From Alphaproteobacteria bacterium (GTDB lineage: Bacteria; Pseudomonadota; Alphaproteobacteria; Bin95): a stretch of DNA of 64,000 nt. The DNA is taken from contig OY730441.1 of assembly GCA_963422665.1 (NCBI GenBank), positions 3,100,318 to 3,164,317 on the forward strand. The letters run 5' to 3'. Under the pieces are notes generated by a model. It searched no databases. It saw only the letters and a list, made by a program, of their open reading frames with translations, and was not told where the DNA came from. A program made the position numbers and the translations under genes. Shown piece by piece: positions 11,495-21,310 of the stretch (its first letter is position 1; every line of letters starts with the position of its first letter).

Positions 11495-11548
11495 GCGCGG
11501 GCGCCGCGCCGGATTGACGCCGAACGGCTGCTACGCCATCTTGACGGC

Positions 11549-11806
11549 ATGGCTGTTGCGCTCGATACCTTGGCCGCCATGCGCCGCATGGAAGACGCCG
11601 GCATGGAGCGCGAGCACGCGGAAGCCGTCGCCGAAGCAGTTCGCGAAGCCGCTTCCAGCGCCAGTGCGGCTGCGGTCGCCGACCGGGACCGCATGGCGAC
11701 CAAGGCGGACCTTTCGGCGCTGGAAGCCCGTCTCACATGGCGGATCGTCGGCTTCGTCATCGCAGCCAATGCGCTGCTTGTCGCCGCGGTGAAGCTGATT
11801 CCGTGA
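11549..11806 (+). CDS. DUF1640 (CCDC90-like) small membrane-anchored coiled-coil protein
   Basis: 85 aa with a coiled-coil (ATKADLSALEARL) and a C-terminal TM ending AAVKLIP. A paralogue at 26136..26399 ends in the same heptapeptide. Confidence 0.6.
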   Translation: MAVALDTLAAMRRMEDAGMEREHAEAVAEAVREAASSASAAAVADRDRMATKADLSALEARLTWRIVGFVIAANALLVAAVKLIP

Positions 11807-11967
11807 TATCGAGCGGTGGGCCAGAACGCTGCGCAACTGCCCAGGAGATTTGTGTTGATGGGGGTGACGCGGCGGCTTGAACATGGGTCAAGCGGCTTCG
11901 TCATGCGCAGTTCCTGCCGGAGCGGCGGTTGTCGGAGATGTTGGGTATGTGTTGTTCGGGGCGCGCG

Positions 11968-12576
11968 TCAGCCCTGTTCGAGTTCGCTGTCCCAATAGAG
12001 GAAGTCGGACCAGCTTTCATGCAGGAAATTGGGCGGGAACCGGCGCCCGTTCTCCTGCAGGCGCCAGACGCTCGGCCGGACGGGAAGCTTCTGCAGGCGC
12101 ATGCCCGAATCGCGAAGCAGCCGGTCGCCCTTGGCGCGGTTGCAGCGCCCGCAGGCGGCCACGACATTGGTCCAGCCCGTGCGCCCGCCGCGCGAGCGCG
12201 GCAGCACATGGTCGAAGGTCAGGTCCTCCGGCGGCAGCCTCGAACCGCAATACTGGCAGGCGAAGCGGTCGCGCAGGAACACGTTGAACCGCGTGAAGGC
12301 CGGATGGCGGGCGGGCGCCACATAATCTCTGAGCGCAATGACGGAGGGCAGCCGCATGGCCCGGGTCGGCGAGCGCACCTCGCGATCGTATTCCGCCAAC
12401 ACCTGCACCCGGTTCAGGAACACGGCCTTGACGCTTTCCTGCCACGACCAGAGCGACAGCGGGAAATAGCTCAACGGGCGGAAATCCGCGTTGAGCACCA
12501 GCGTCGGCGCGCTCTCCCCAGGCGGCGTCACAACCCTCTCCCTGCAACCGGACCCGAATCGGCCCTGCATCACCAT
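11968..12576 (-). CDS. HNH endonuclease
   Basis: C-terminal HNH/zinc motif CQYCG...LTFDHVLPRSRGGRTGWTNVVAACGRCNRAKG. N-terminal domain conserved in this HNH subfamily (LVLNADFRPLSYFPLS). Confidence 0.8.
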   Translation of the reverse strand: MVMQGRFGSGCRERVVTPPGESAPTLVLNADFRPLSYFPLSLWSWQESVKAVFLNRVQVLAEYDREVRSPTRAMRLPSVIALRDYVAPARHPAFTRFNVFLRDRFACQYCGSRLPPEDLTFDHVLPRSRGGRTGWTNVVAACGRCNRAKGDRLLRDSGMRLQKLPVRPSVWRLQENGRRFPPNFLHESWSDFLYWDSELEQG

Positions 12577-12636
12577 AGGTGCGCCGAGCGCCAGGGCGCA
12601 AGCTGGGGAGGGCGCAAAGGCGGTGTCGGATGAATA

Positions 12637-12666
12637 GATATTACGGCGGTAATACGATGACGGGCA
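12637..12666 (-). promoter_or_regulatory. candidate sigma70-type promoter for the HNH gene
   Basis: Minus strand reads TTGCCC-18 nt-TAATAT inside the only AT-rich patch between the HEPN gene and the HNH gene. Sequence match only. Confidence 0.3.
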
Positions 12667-12693
12667 ACGAGCTCGGTTCGCGCCGGTTGCAGT

Positions 12694-13098
12694 TCAGCGT
12701 CCCTGCTCTCCGCCCTCCGCCTCCTCCAGTTCCCGCGTGACATGCGACAGCAGCCTCCGGGCGAGCCCCGTCGCTGCCTCACGGTCGATGGCGTCCGTTT
12801 CCGGGTCGGCACCGGTGTAGCGGAACTGGACGGCGTAGGGCGTGTAGCGCTCCATTTCGCGCCAGGGTCCGGCATCCGGGCCGCATCGGGCTAGATGGTC
12901 CAGCAGGGTCTCGAGGCTATGGGTCAGCGGGTAGAGCTCGCCCAGCAGGGCCAACCACGCCTTGAGCGCCTTCTCCGCTGCCTGCTGGACATGGAAGCCG
13001 AACGATTCGTCCGGAACCGAAGCCGCCATACCGTCCAGCGTGAGCAGGTCCCGATCGGCGGAACGCAACATCAGCCGGGCGCATTTAAGGTCGCTCAT
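12694..13098 (-). CDS. HEPN domain protein (toxin of a HEPN-MNT pair)
   Basis: 134 aa, HEPN-like helices (FHVQQAAEKALKAWLALLG ... AVQFRY). Overlaps the upstream nucleotidyltransferase gene by 14 nt. Confidence 0.8.
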   Translation of the reverse strand: MSDLKCARLMLRSADRDLLTLDGMAASVPDESFGFHVQQAAEKALKAWLALLGELYPLTHSLETLLDHLARCGPDAGPWREMERYTPYAVQFRYTGADPETDAIDREAATGLARRLLSHVTRELEEAEGGEQGR

Positions 13099-13420
13099 AG
13101 AGCACCTTGCCTTCCCGGAGCGCGCGGGCGAGGACGTGGTTCAGGGAATCGCGCCAGTAGTCCACCTCGGCGAGCGTGAAGACGAGGATGTCCTTCGGGA
13201 CGCCAAATCGGGACGCCGCCTTGTAGAGCCGCTTGGCCTCGTCGATCCGGCTGCGCCCTGGCCCGAAGGGCTCGGCCTCGATGACGATCAGGTCCACATC
13301 CGAGTCTTCCCGCGCCTCGCCCCGGGCGCGCGAGCCGAAGAGGATCACCTGCTCGGGATCGACCGCCGCCACGATCGCCCGGGCCATCTCGTCCAGCAAT
13401 TCGTCCGTAACCGGGACCAT
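13085..13420 (-). CDS. minimal nucleotidyltransferase (MNT antitoxin of a HEPN-MNT pair)
   Basis: Pol-beta-type NTase motif (ILFGSRARGEAREDSDVDLIV). Start set to the ATG at 13418-13420 behind AAGGAGG. Confidence 0.8.
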   Translation of the reverse strand: MVPVTDELLDEMARAIVAAVDPEQVILFGSRARGEAREDSDVDLIVIEAEPFGPGRSRIDEAKRLYKAASRFGVPKDILVFTLAEVDYWRDSLNHVLARALREGKVLYERP

Positions 13421-13548
13421 CGCCCCTCCTTGCCGGGCGCGCACTACTGGCGATGATGCCGGCGGCGGGCGGGGCCGGCAAGCGGCGCCGGTTCCGCCTT
13501 AGGCGCCGGCGGCGCATAGTGAGCCGGGGCGCGGGGGAGGAATCGGAT

Positions 13549-14781
13549 ATGGCGCAGACTGCGCGGGCGGGAGCGACGGCCGGGGAGGCCCGGACGCTGG
13601 CGCTGATCGGCGCCGGGCATTTCCTTAGCCACTTCTACGCGCTCACCCTGCCGCCGTTGTTCCTGTTCTGGGATGAGTTCGAAGCCAGCTATACGATGCT
13701 GGGGGCGCTGGTCACGGGCTACGCCCTCGTCGGCGGCATGCTCCAGGCGCCGGTCGGGCTGGCTGTGGATCGCTGGGGCGCGCGCCCGGTATTGCTGGCC
13801 GGCCTCGCGCTCAACGCCTCCGCCATCACGGCCATCGGGCTTGCCCCCGACTATTGGGTGCTGGCGTTGCTCGCCGTGGCGGCCGGAATCGGCAACAGCG
13901 TCTTCCACCCGGCCGACTATGCGGTGCTGGCTGCGCGCATCCGGGAGCAGCATCTGCCGCGCGCTTACAGCCTGCACACGTTCCTCGGCTTCTTCGGCAC
14001 CGCTGTCGCGCCCCTGACCGTGGCGGCGCTGGCGGAATGGATGGGCTGGCGAAGCGCGGTCATGCTGGTCGGCGCGGCGGGCATCGCAACCGTTGCAGTC
14101 ATGGCGATGAGCGGCGCCGCCGTCGCATCCCCGCCGCGCCCGAAAGACATGGCGGGCGCCGCGCCGGCGCAGGGCCACTCCCTGCCGATCCTGCTGTTCT
14201 TCGGTTTCTTCGCGGCCTACGGCCTAGCGAGCGGCGGCATCATGGCGTTCACGGTGATCGGGCTCGGCAAGCTCTACGGCCTCGACCCGGCGTCCGCCGG
14301 CGCGGTGCTAACGGCGGCCCTGCTGGCGCTTGCCTTCGGTATCCTCGCCGGTGGCGCGTTGCCCGACCGCGAGCGGCTGCAGGTGCGGATCGCGGGCGCC
14401 GCGCTGGTCGGCGGCGGCGCGCTGACCGCGCTCGCGGGCGTCGCCGATATCGGCGACGTCGGCCTTGCCGTGCTGCTGGGGGCCGCCGGCTTCGGGATGG
14501 GCCTCGTGCTGCCGGCGCGGGACCTGATGCTCCGGCGGATCACACCGCCTGGCAGCACCGGGCGGGTGATCGGCTTCGTATTTGTCGGGCTCTCCGTCGG
14601 CGGCGGCCTCGCGCCACTGCTGTTCGGCTGGGTGATGGACCGGGACTGGCCGGCGCTCCTGTTCTTCGGCTGCGGGGCGTTCCTCGCCGCCGCATTCCTC
14701 TGCTCTTTCGGCGCGGTCCGCGCCGCCCGGCGCAGCGCCCGAAGAGAAGGGCCGCCGCGCGCTGCGCGGCGGCCCCTGTAG
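13549..14781 (+). CDS. MFS transporter
   Basis: About 410 aa with roughly 12 hydrophobic spans. Start moved to the ATG at 13549 behind GGGGAGG. The track's 5' extension is Arg-rich. Confidence 0.8.
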   Translation: MAQTARAGATAGEARTLALIGAGHFLSHFYALTLPPLFLFWDEFEASYTMLGALVTGYALVGGMLQAPVGLAVDRWGARPVLLAGLALNASAITAIGLAPDYWVLALLAVAAGIGNSVFHPADYAVLAARIREQHLPRAYSLHTFLGFFGTAVAPLTVAALAEWMGWRSAVMLVGAAGIATVAVMAMSGAAVASPPRPKDMAGAAPAQGHSLPILLFFGFFAAYGLASGGIMAFTVIGLGKLYGLDPASAGAVLTAALLALAFGILAGGALPDRERLQVRIAGAALVGGGALTALAGVADIGDVGLAVLLGAAGFGMGLVLPARDLMLRRITPPGSTGRVIGFVFVGLSVGGGLAPLLFGWVMDRDWPALLFFGCGAFLAAAFLCSFGAVRAARRSARREGPPRAARRPL

Positions 14782-14803
14782 TCAGCGACGGTCCGGCTGC
14801 CGA

Positions 14804-16342
14804 TCAGGCGAACCACCAGCGTTCGGTGATGCGCGCGGAGTCGAGCGCCCAGACATTGCCGAGATGCTCGCCATGCGCGAGCTTCTTCGACTTGGCGTCG
14901 ATCCAGTTGGCGTACATCGGCACGGCCACGCCGCCCTCGTCGCGGACGATGACCTGCATCTCGTGATAGAGTTCGCGGCGCTTGGCGTCGTCGCGCTCGG
15001 TCCGCGCCTCGGCGAGCAGCATGTTGAACCGCTTGTGGTCCCAGTAGCTGTCGTTCCAGGGCTTGCCAGCCGCGTAGGCGGTCGCGAACATCAGGTCCTC
15101 GGTCGCACGACCGGACCAGAAGCAGGCGCAGAACGGTTTCTTCATCCACACATTGGACCAGTAGCCGTCCGCCGGCTCCTTGATGACATTGATGGACACG
15201 CCGCCGGCGCGCGCCGACTCCTGGAAGAGCTGCGCCGCGTCCACCGCCCCGGCGAAGGCCGCGTCGGACGCCGAGAGGTCGAGCTGCAGGCTGTCCACCC
15301 CGGCCTTCTTAAGATGGAACTTCGCCTTGTCGGGGTCGTAGGCGCGCTGTTCCAGGTCCGCGTGGTAGAAGCGGTTGGCCGGCCCGATCGGGTGGTCGTT
15401 GCCAACCTTGCCGTGCCCGAGCAGGACCTTGCGCACCAGTTCCTCGCGATCGAACAGCAGTTTCAGCGCGAGGCGCACATCGTTGTTGTCGAAGGGCGCC
15501 ACATTGGTGATCATCGGGAAGGTGTAGTGCTGGTTGCCCGTGGTCTCCGATATTTCCACGCCCGGGTTGCGGTCGAGCAGGCGCACCGACTTGGCGTCGA
15601 TGCGGCTGATCGCGTCCACCTCGCCGGTCATCAGCGCGTTGACGCGCGCCGCCGGATCGGTGATCGAGATCGCCTCGATCTCGTCGAACCAGACCTTCTT
15701 GTGGGCGTTCGGGTTGCGCTCGAGCTGGAGGCGGACGCCGGGGTCGAAGCCGACATTGCGGTAGGCGCCGGTGCCGATGCCCTTGCGGATGCTCTCGTCA
15801 ACCATCCCGGCCGGATGGATCAGGATGTGGTAGTCGGAGAGCAGGTAGGGGAAGTCGGCATTGCCGGCGTTGAGGACGAACTGGACCTGGTGGTCGTTCA
15901 TCTTCTTCATCTCGACGATCGGCTCAACGAGTGGCTTGGCCGGCGATTTCGCGCCTTCCGCCACATGCAATTGCAGCGATTCAATCACATCGTCCGCGCC
16001 GAAGCTCTTGCCGTTGTGGAATTCGACGCCTTTGCGCAGGTTGAAGGTCCAGGTCGCGAGATCGGCCGAAGGCTCCCAGCTCTCCGCCAGCTCTCCGACC
16101 AGCGAGCCGTCCGCAGCGATCTCGGTGATGCAGTCGAAGACGCTGCCCATGGCCGAGACCTGCATGAACACGTCGGAATGGGTGCGCCCGTCCCAACTGT
16201 CCGTGGTGTTGCCGCCCGAGAGGCCGAGCCGCAAGATCCCGCCGGCCTTCGGTCCGGCGGCGAAGGCCGGCCCCACGCCCGCCGCCAGCGCCGTCGCGGC
16301 GCTCGCCTTCAGCAATGTCCGTCTGTCCAGTGTGAGTTTCAA
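14804..16342 (-). CDS. ABC transporter substrate-binding protein, family 5
   Basis: 512 aa with a twin-arginine-type signal (MKLTLDRRTLLKASAATALAAGVGPAFA). Last gene of a permease-permease-ATPase-SBP operon. Confidence 0.85.
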   Translation of the reverse strand: MKLTLDRRTLLKASAATALAAGVGPAFAAGPKAGGILRLGLSGGNTTDSWDGRTHSDVFMQVSAMGSVFDCITEIAADGSLVGELAESWEPSADLATWTFNLRKGVEFHNGKSFGADDVIESLQLHVAEGAKSPAKPLVEPIVEMKKMNDHQVQFVLNAGNADFPYLLSDYHILIHPAGMVDESIRKGIGTGAYRNVGFDPGVRLQLERNPNAHKKVWFDEIEAISITDPAARVNALMTGEVDAISRIDAKSVRLLDRNPGVEISETTGNQHYTFPMITNVAPFDNNDVRLALKLLFDREELVRKVLLGHGKVGNDHPIGPANRFYHADLEQRAYDPDKAKFHLKKAGVDSLQLDLSASDAAFAGAVDAAQLFQESARAGGVSINVIKEPADGYWSNVWMKKPFCACFWSGRATEDLMFATAYAAGKPWNDSYWDHKRFNMLLAEARTERDDAKRRELYHEMQVIVRDEGGVAVPMYANWIDAKSKKLAHGEHLGNVWALDSARITERWWFA

Positions 16343-16412
16343 GGCGAAAGCCTCCCTGCGATAGTTCCGGTTGTTGTCCGTCCCAGCCTGTCCAGGTTCC
16401 CGCCCGGATATA

Positions 16413-18074
16413 TTACCCGTCGAGCCTGACGAGCGCCGCCTCCCCGATATTGTCCACGCCGCGCTGCTCCAGCAGGCGGTCGAGCCAGTCCGGGTCCATC
16501 TCCGGCACCGAACTCAGCAGCAGGTCAGTGTAGTCGTGATGTGGCGGCGTGAACATTTCCGTCTTCGGCCCCGCCTCGACGACGCCGCCATCCTTCATCA
16601 CGACGACTTCGTCGGCGATGGCGCGCACGGTGGCGAGATCGTGGGTGATGAACATATAGGCCAGGTTCAACTCGCGCTGGAGCCGGTCCAGCAGTTTCAG
16701 GATGCCCTCGGCGACAAGCTGGTCCAGGGCCGATGTCACCTCGTCGCAGATGATGAACTGCGCCTCGGCGGCCAGCGCTCTCGCGATGCCGACGCGCTGC
16801 TTCTGCCCGCCCGACAGCTCCGAGGGCAGGCGGTCGATATAGAGGTCCGGCTCAAGCTCGATCTGCTCCAGCAGTTCCTCCACCCTCCGGCGCAGATCGG
16901 CGCCCCTCAGCCCACCATAGAACCGAACCGGCCGGCCGACGATATCCCGGATGCGCAGCTTCGGGTTCAGCGCCGTATCGGCCATCTGGTAGATCATCTG
17001 AACCTGGCGGAGCTGATCCTTGGAGCGGTCCCGGTAGCGGGCCGGCAGGGCCTCGCCATTGAACCGCACTTCCCCCTGGCGCGGCGGCAGCAGGCCGGTG
17101 ATGCAGCGCGCGACCGTCGATTTGCCGGAGCCGGACTCGCCGACCACCGCGACCGTCCGCCCGGCATGGATATCGAAGGACACGTCGTGCAGCACATCGG
17201 CGGCCTTGCCGTAGCCGGCGGTCACGCCCGCCACCGAGATGACCGGCTGGACGCCGCGCCCGGCGAGCGGCTGTTCGGGGCGCTTGAAGCTCCGCACCGC
17301 CCAGAGCGATCTGGTGTAATCCTCCTTCGGGGCCAACAGCATGGCGCGCGTGTCGTTCTCTTCCACCTCGCTGCCCTTGAGCAGCACCTTGATCCGGTCG
17401 GCCATCTGCGCCACCACCGCGAGGTCGTGGGTAATGTAGATGGCAGCCGTGCCGAACTGCTCGACGATGTCGCGAATGGCCGCCAGCACCTCGATCTGCG
17501 TCGTGACGTCGAGCGCCGTAGTCGGTTCGTCGAAGATGATGAGGTCCGGCCGGCAGGACATCGCCATGGCGGTCATGGCGCGCTGCAACTGTCCGCCCGA
17601 GACCTGGTGCGGATAGCGGAAGCCGATGCTCTCCGGTTCCGGGAGGCGGAGCCGCGCATAGAGCGCCCTGGCGTCTTCCTGGCTCTCCCGCAGCGTGGAG
17701 ACGCCGTGCAGCACCGGCCCTTCGGTGTGCTGGTCGATCAGCTTGTGCGCGGGGTTGAAGCTCGCCGCCGCCGACTGTGCGACATAGGCGATACGCCGCC
17801 CGAGCAGGCCGCGTTTGGTTTCGTCCGGGGCTGCGACGAGGTCGATATTGTCGAATTCGACGGAACCGCCCACGATGCGGCAGCCGTCGCGGGTGAACCC
17901 CATCGCCGCCAAGCCGACCGTCGATTTGCCGGCGCCCGACTCGCCGATCAGCCCCAGGACTTCGCCGCGGGCGAGGTCGAGATCGACGCCGTTCACGATC
18001 AGCAGCCATTCTTCGCCCGCAAGGCCTGCGATCTTGAGGTCCCGGATCGTCACCAGCGGGCGGTCGCCAGACAT
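16413..18074 (-). CDS. ABC transporter ATP-binding protein, duplicated ATPase (DppD/DppF-type fusion)
   Basis: Two Walker A motifs (GESGAGKST, GESGSGKST) and two signature motifs (VSGGQLQR, LSGGQKQR) in one 553-aa ORF. Confidence 0.9.
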   Translation of the reverse strand: MSGDRPLVTIRDLKIAGLAGEEWLLIVNGVDLDLARGEVLGLIGESGAGKSTVGLAAMGFTRDGCRIVGGSVEFDNIDLVAAPDETKRGLLGRRIAYVAQSAAASFNPAHKLIDQHTEGPVLHGVSTLRESQEDARALYARLRLPEPESIGFRYPHQVSGGQLQRAMTAMAMSCRPDLIIFDEPTTALDVTTQIEVLAAIRDIVEQFGTAAIYITHDLAVVAQMADRIKVLLKGSEVEENDTRAMLLAPKEDYTRSLWAVRSFKRPEQPLAGRGVQPVISVAGVTAGYGKAADVLHDVSFDIHAGRTVAVVGESGSGKSTVARCITGLLPPRQGEVRFNGEALPARYRDRSKDQLRQVQMIYQMADTALNPKLRIRDIVGRPVRFYGGLRGADLRRRVEELLEQIELEPDLYIDRLPSELSGGQKQRVGIARALAAEAQFIICDEVTSALDQLVAEGILKLLDRLQRELNLAYMFITHDLATVRAIADEVVVMKDGGVVEAGPKTEMFTPPHHDYTDLLLSSVPEMDPDWLDRLLEQRGVDNIGEAALVRLDG

Positions 18075-18092
18075 CGCGTCAACCTCCTTGCG

Positions 18093-19031
18093 TCAGCTCT
18101 TCAGGCCGGAATAGCGGTCCAGCATCCAGTCCACGGTGAAATTGATGGCGACCGTCAGCAGCGCAATTGCCGCGGCCGGCAGCAGCGGCAGCGACGCCGC
18201 CTGCCAGTCGCCGTATTCCGCATAGCCGATATAGATCGACAGCTCGCGCACCATGGTGCCCCAGTCCGCCAGCGGCGGCTGGATGCCGATGCCCAGGAAA
18301 CTAAGCGCTGCGATCAGCAGGAACACGAAGCAGAAGCGCAACCCGAACTCCGCCAGCAGGGGCGCGGCGGCATTGGGCAGGATTTCCTTGAAGATCAGGT
18401 AGCCCAGACCCTCGCCGCGCAGCTTCGCGGCCTCGATATAGTCCATCACGACGATGTTGCCGCCCACCGCCCGCGAGAGGCGGAACACGCGGGTCGAGTC
18501 CAGCACGGCGATCACGAGGATCATGTTGATCGTCGATTGTCCGAGGATGGTGATGAGCAGCAGCGCGAAGATGAGCTGCGGAATCGCCATCAGCACATCG
18601 ACGGTGCGCGACACGACCTGGTCCAGCCAGCCGCCGAGCACGGCCGCGACGAAGCCTAAGGTCGCGCCGATGAGGAAGGCGAGCGCCGTCGTCATCAGCG
18701 CGATGCCGATGGTGTTGCGCCCGCCGTAGAGCAGCCGGGTGAGCAGGTCGCGGCCCAGTTGGTCGGTGCCGAGCACGAAGTCGGCATTCTCGCCGGGGAA
18801 GAGGTTGAATTCGTCGAAGACCTGCGACTCGCCATAGGGCGCGATCGCCGGGGCGAGCAGCGCCGCCAGGATGTAGAGGCCGACGACCGTAAGGCCGAAG
18901 GCCGCCGTCAGCGGCATGGCGCGGAAGACGGCGCCGAACCGGCCTGCGACGCTCCGGAGCCCGGCGCGGAGCGTCCAGGCCGCGCCGGTCAGGACGGCCA
19001 GCGGCAGGACGACATAGGTGAGGAAACCCAT
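18093..19031 (-). CDS. ABC transporter permease (DppC-like)
   Basis: 312 aa, multi-TM, permease core (TALAFLIGATLGFVAAVLGGWLD). In operon with the flanking ABC genes. Confidence 0.85.
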   Translation of the reverse strand: MGFLTYVVLPLAVLTGAAWTLRAGLRSVAGRFGAVFRAMPLTAAFGLTVVGLYILAALLAPAIAPYGESQVFDEFNLFPGENADFVLGTDQLGRDLLTRLLYGGRNTIGIALMTTALAFLIGATLGFVAAVLGGWLDQVVSRTVDVLMAIPQLIFALLLITILGQSTINMILVIAVLDSTRVFRLSRAVGGNIVVMDYIEAAKLRGEGLGYLIFKEILPNAAAPLLAEFGLRFCFVFLLIAALSFLGIGIQPPLADWGTMVRELSIYIGYAEYGDWQAASLPLLPAAAIALLTVAINFTVDWMLDRYSGLKS

Positions 19032-19040
19032 CGCGCCCGC

Positions 19041-20039
19041 CTATTTCGGATGCCGGAGGCGCGGATTGGTGAGCACCGAGAGCACGTCCGCAAGCAGGTT
19101 CAGCAGGATATAGGCGGCGGCGAAGACCAGGCAGCAGGCCTGCACGGTCGGCATGTCCCGCAGCTTCACGGCATCGACGAACATTTGCCCGATGCCCGGA
19201 TAAACGAACACCACCTCCACCACCACCACGCCGGTGACCAGGTAGGCCAGGTTGAGCGCGATGACATTGATGATCGGCGCGAGCGCGTTGGGCAGCGCGT
19301 GGCGCACGATCACCCGCCAGCGCGGGACTCCCTTGAGGCGCGCCATCTCGATATATTGCGAGGCCAGCAGGTTGATGATCGCAACGCGCGTCATGCGCAT
19401 CATGTGCGCGGTGACGACGAGCGTAAGGGTGAGGGCCGGCAGCACGGTGCGGTAAAGCCGTTCCCAGAAGTCGAGACCGGCATGGATCTTCGAGATCGAG
19501 GGAAAGATCGGATTGGCCGCCGCCAGGAAGAGGATCAGGATATAGGCGACGAAGAATTCCGGGCTGGAGATGGAGGTGAGCGTGCCGACATTCGTCGCCC
19601 GGTCGAAGATCGAACCCCGGTAGAGCGCCGCCAGTATGCCGAGCGTGAGCGACAGCGGCACCGCCACCGCGGCGGCCGTCGCGGCGAGGAAAATGGTGTT
19701 GGCGAAGCGCGGCGCGAGCTGGTCGGCAACGGTGACGATATCGCGCTCGCCGGTCCGGCCGTATTGGGACTGGAAGCTCAGCTGGTTGAAGCTGACGCCG
19801 AAATCGCCGCTGAACACGCCTCCCAGCCAGGCGAAGTAGCGTTCGACCGGTGAGCGGTCCATGCCGAGGCTCTCGCGGATCGCGGCGACCGCCTCGGGTG
19901 TCGCGCCCTGTCCCAGGATCGCCTGGGCGAAGTCCCCCGGCAGCGCCTCGATGGCGGCGAAGATCGCCATGCTGACGACCAGAAGCGTCAACACGCCAAG
20001 CGCCAGCCGCTGCCCGGCCATGCGCGCAAGACCAGACAT
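19041..20039 (-). CDS. ABC transporter permease (DppB-like)
   Basis: Track ORF 19041..21320 trimmed to the ATG at 20037-20039 (MSGLARMAGQRLALGVLTLLVVSMAIF...). The upstream 427 codons are antisense to lpxB and Arg/Pro-rich. Confidence 0.85.
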   Translation of the reverse strand: MSGLARMAGQRLALGVLTLLVVSMAIFAAIEALPGDFAQAILGQGATPEAVAAIRESLGMDRSPVERYFAWLGGVFSGDFGVSFNQLSFQSQYGRTGERDIVTVADQLAPRFANTIFLAATAAAVAVPLSLTLGILAALYRGSIFDRATNVGTLTSISSPEFFVAYILILFLAAANPIFPSISKIHAGLDFWERLYRTVLPALTLTLVVTAHMMRMTRVAIINLLASQYIEMARLKGVPRWRVIVRHALPNALAPIINVIALNLAYLVTGVVVVEVVFVYPGIGQMFVDAVKLRDMPTVQACCLVFAAAYILLNLLADVLSVLTNPRLRHPK

Positions 20040-20123
20040 GTCCCTCCCCGCTACCGATGGTTTATTAGGGCACGGTCGAGGCGTCTCGTCCAGCCTGCGG
20101 AACCGGGCCGGCGATCGGCGGTC

Positions 20124-21290
20124 GTGACCTTGCGCGTCTATATCGTTGCCGGCGAGCCTTCCGGCGATGCGCTCGGCGCCCGGCTGTTGCGCGCCTTGCG
20201 GGAAGACGGGCCGGTGGAGGCGGCGGGCGTGGGCGGCGAACTCATGGCCCGGGAGGGCGTCGCCAGCCTGTTCCCCCAGGCGGAAACCGCCGTCATGGGG
20301 CTGTTCGAGGTGCTGCCCCGGGCCCGAAGGCTGCTGCGCCGGATGGACGAGACGGCCGCCGACATCCTGCGCTTCCGGCCCGATGCGGTGGTCACCATCG
20401 ATTCCGGCGGCTTCAACAAGGGCGTGGCCAGGCGGCTGGTCGCGGCGGGCTGTCCGGCGGCGCGCATCCACTATGTCGCGCCCATGGTATGGGTCTGGGC
20501 CCCGGGCCGCGCGCGCCGCATGGCCCGGCTTTTCGACCACCTGATGGCGCTCTGGCCGTTCGAGCCGGCGCTGTTCGAGCGCGAGGGGCTGGCGGCGACC
20601 TTCGTCGGCCATTCGCTGGTCGAGGCGAAGGCGGGCGACGGGGCGGCGTTCCGGGCCCGGCACGGCATCGCGCCGGGAAGCGCGCTCGTGGCGGTGCTGC
20701 CCGGAAGCCGGTCGGGGGAGGTGCGCCGGCTGCTGCCGGTGTTCCGCGAAACGCTGGCGCGGCTGGCCGGCGACATGCCCGGCCTGCATCTGGCGGTCCC
20801 GACCGTCGGCACGGTGGCGGCGCCGGTGCGGGACGCGGTGGCGGGCTGGCCCTGGCCGGTCACGGTGACCCTGGGCGAGGACGAGAAGCAGGACGCCTTC
20901 GCGGCCAGCCGCGCGGCGCTCGGGGCGTCCGGCACGGTGGCGCTCGAACTCGCGCTCGCTGGCGTGCCGCAGGTCACCGCCTACCGGCTCAATCCCGCGA
21001 CGGCGCTCATCGGCCGGGCCGTGATCCGGCGGCGGCGATTCTGTCCCGTCAACATCCTGCTCGACCGCGAGGTCGTGCCGGAACTGATCCAGGGGGAGTG
21101 CCGGGCGGGGCCGCTCGCGCGCGCGCTCGGGCCGCTGCTGGCCGACGAGGACGCGCGCGCCGCGCAGCTTTCCGCCTTCCGGGAACTGGCGGACAAGCTC
21201 GGCGGCGGCGGCCGGCCCAGCCTTCGCGCGGCCGAGACCGTGCGGCGGATCGTCCGCGAGGCCGCCCGCCCGGGGCGGGGCGGCATGTAA
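20124..21290 (+). CDS. lpxB: lipid-A-disaccharide synthase
   Basis: GT19 N-terminus (VYIVAGEPSGDALGARLL) with homology-like sequence over the full 388 aa. GTG start. Confidence 0.88.
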   Translation: MTLRVYIVAGEPSGDALGARLLRALREDGPVEAAGVGGELMAREGVASLFPQAETAVMGLFEVLPRARRLLRRMDETAADILRFRPDAVVTIDSGGFNKGVARRLVAAGCPAARIHYVAPMVWVWAPGRARRMARLFDHLMALWPFEPALFEREGLAATFVGHSLVEAKAGDGAAFRARHGIAPGSALVAVLPGSRSGEVRRLLPVFRETLARLAGDMPGLHLAVPTVGTVAAPVRDAVAGWPWPVTVTLGEDEKQDAFAASRAALGASGTVALELALAGVPQVTAYRLNPATALIGRAVIRRRRFCPVNILLDREVVPELIQGECRAGPLARALGPLLADEDARAAQLSAFRELADKLGGGGRPSLRAAETVRRIVREAARPGRGGM

Positions 21291-21310
21291 GCGCCGGCCT
21301 CGTTCCGGGC

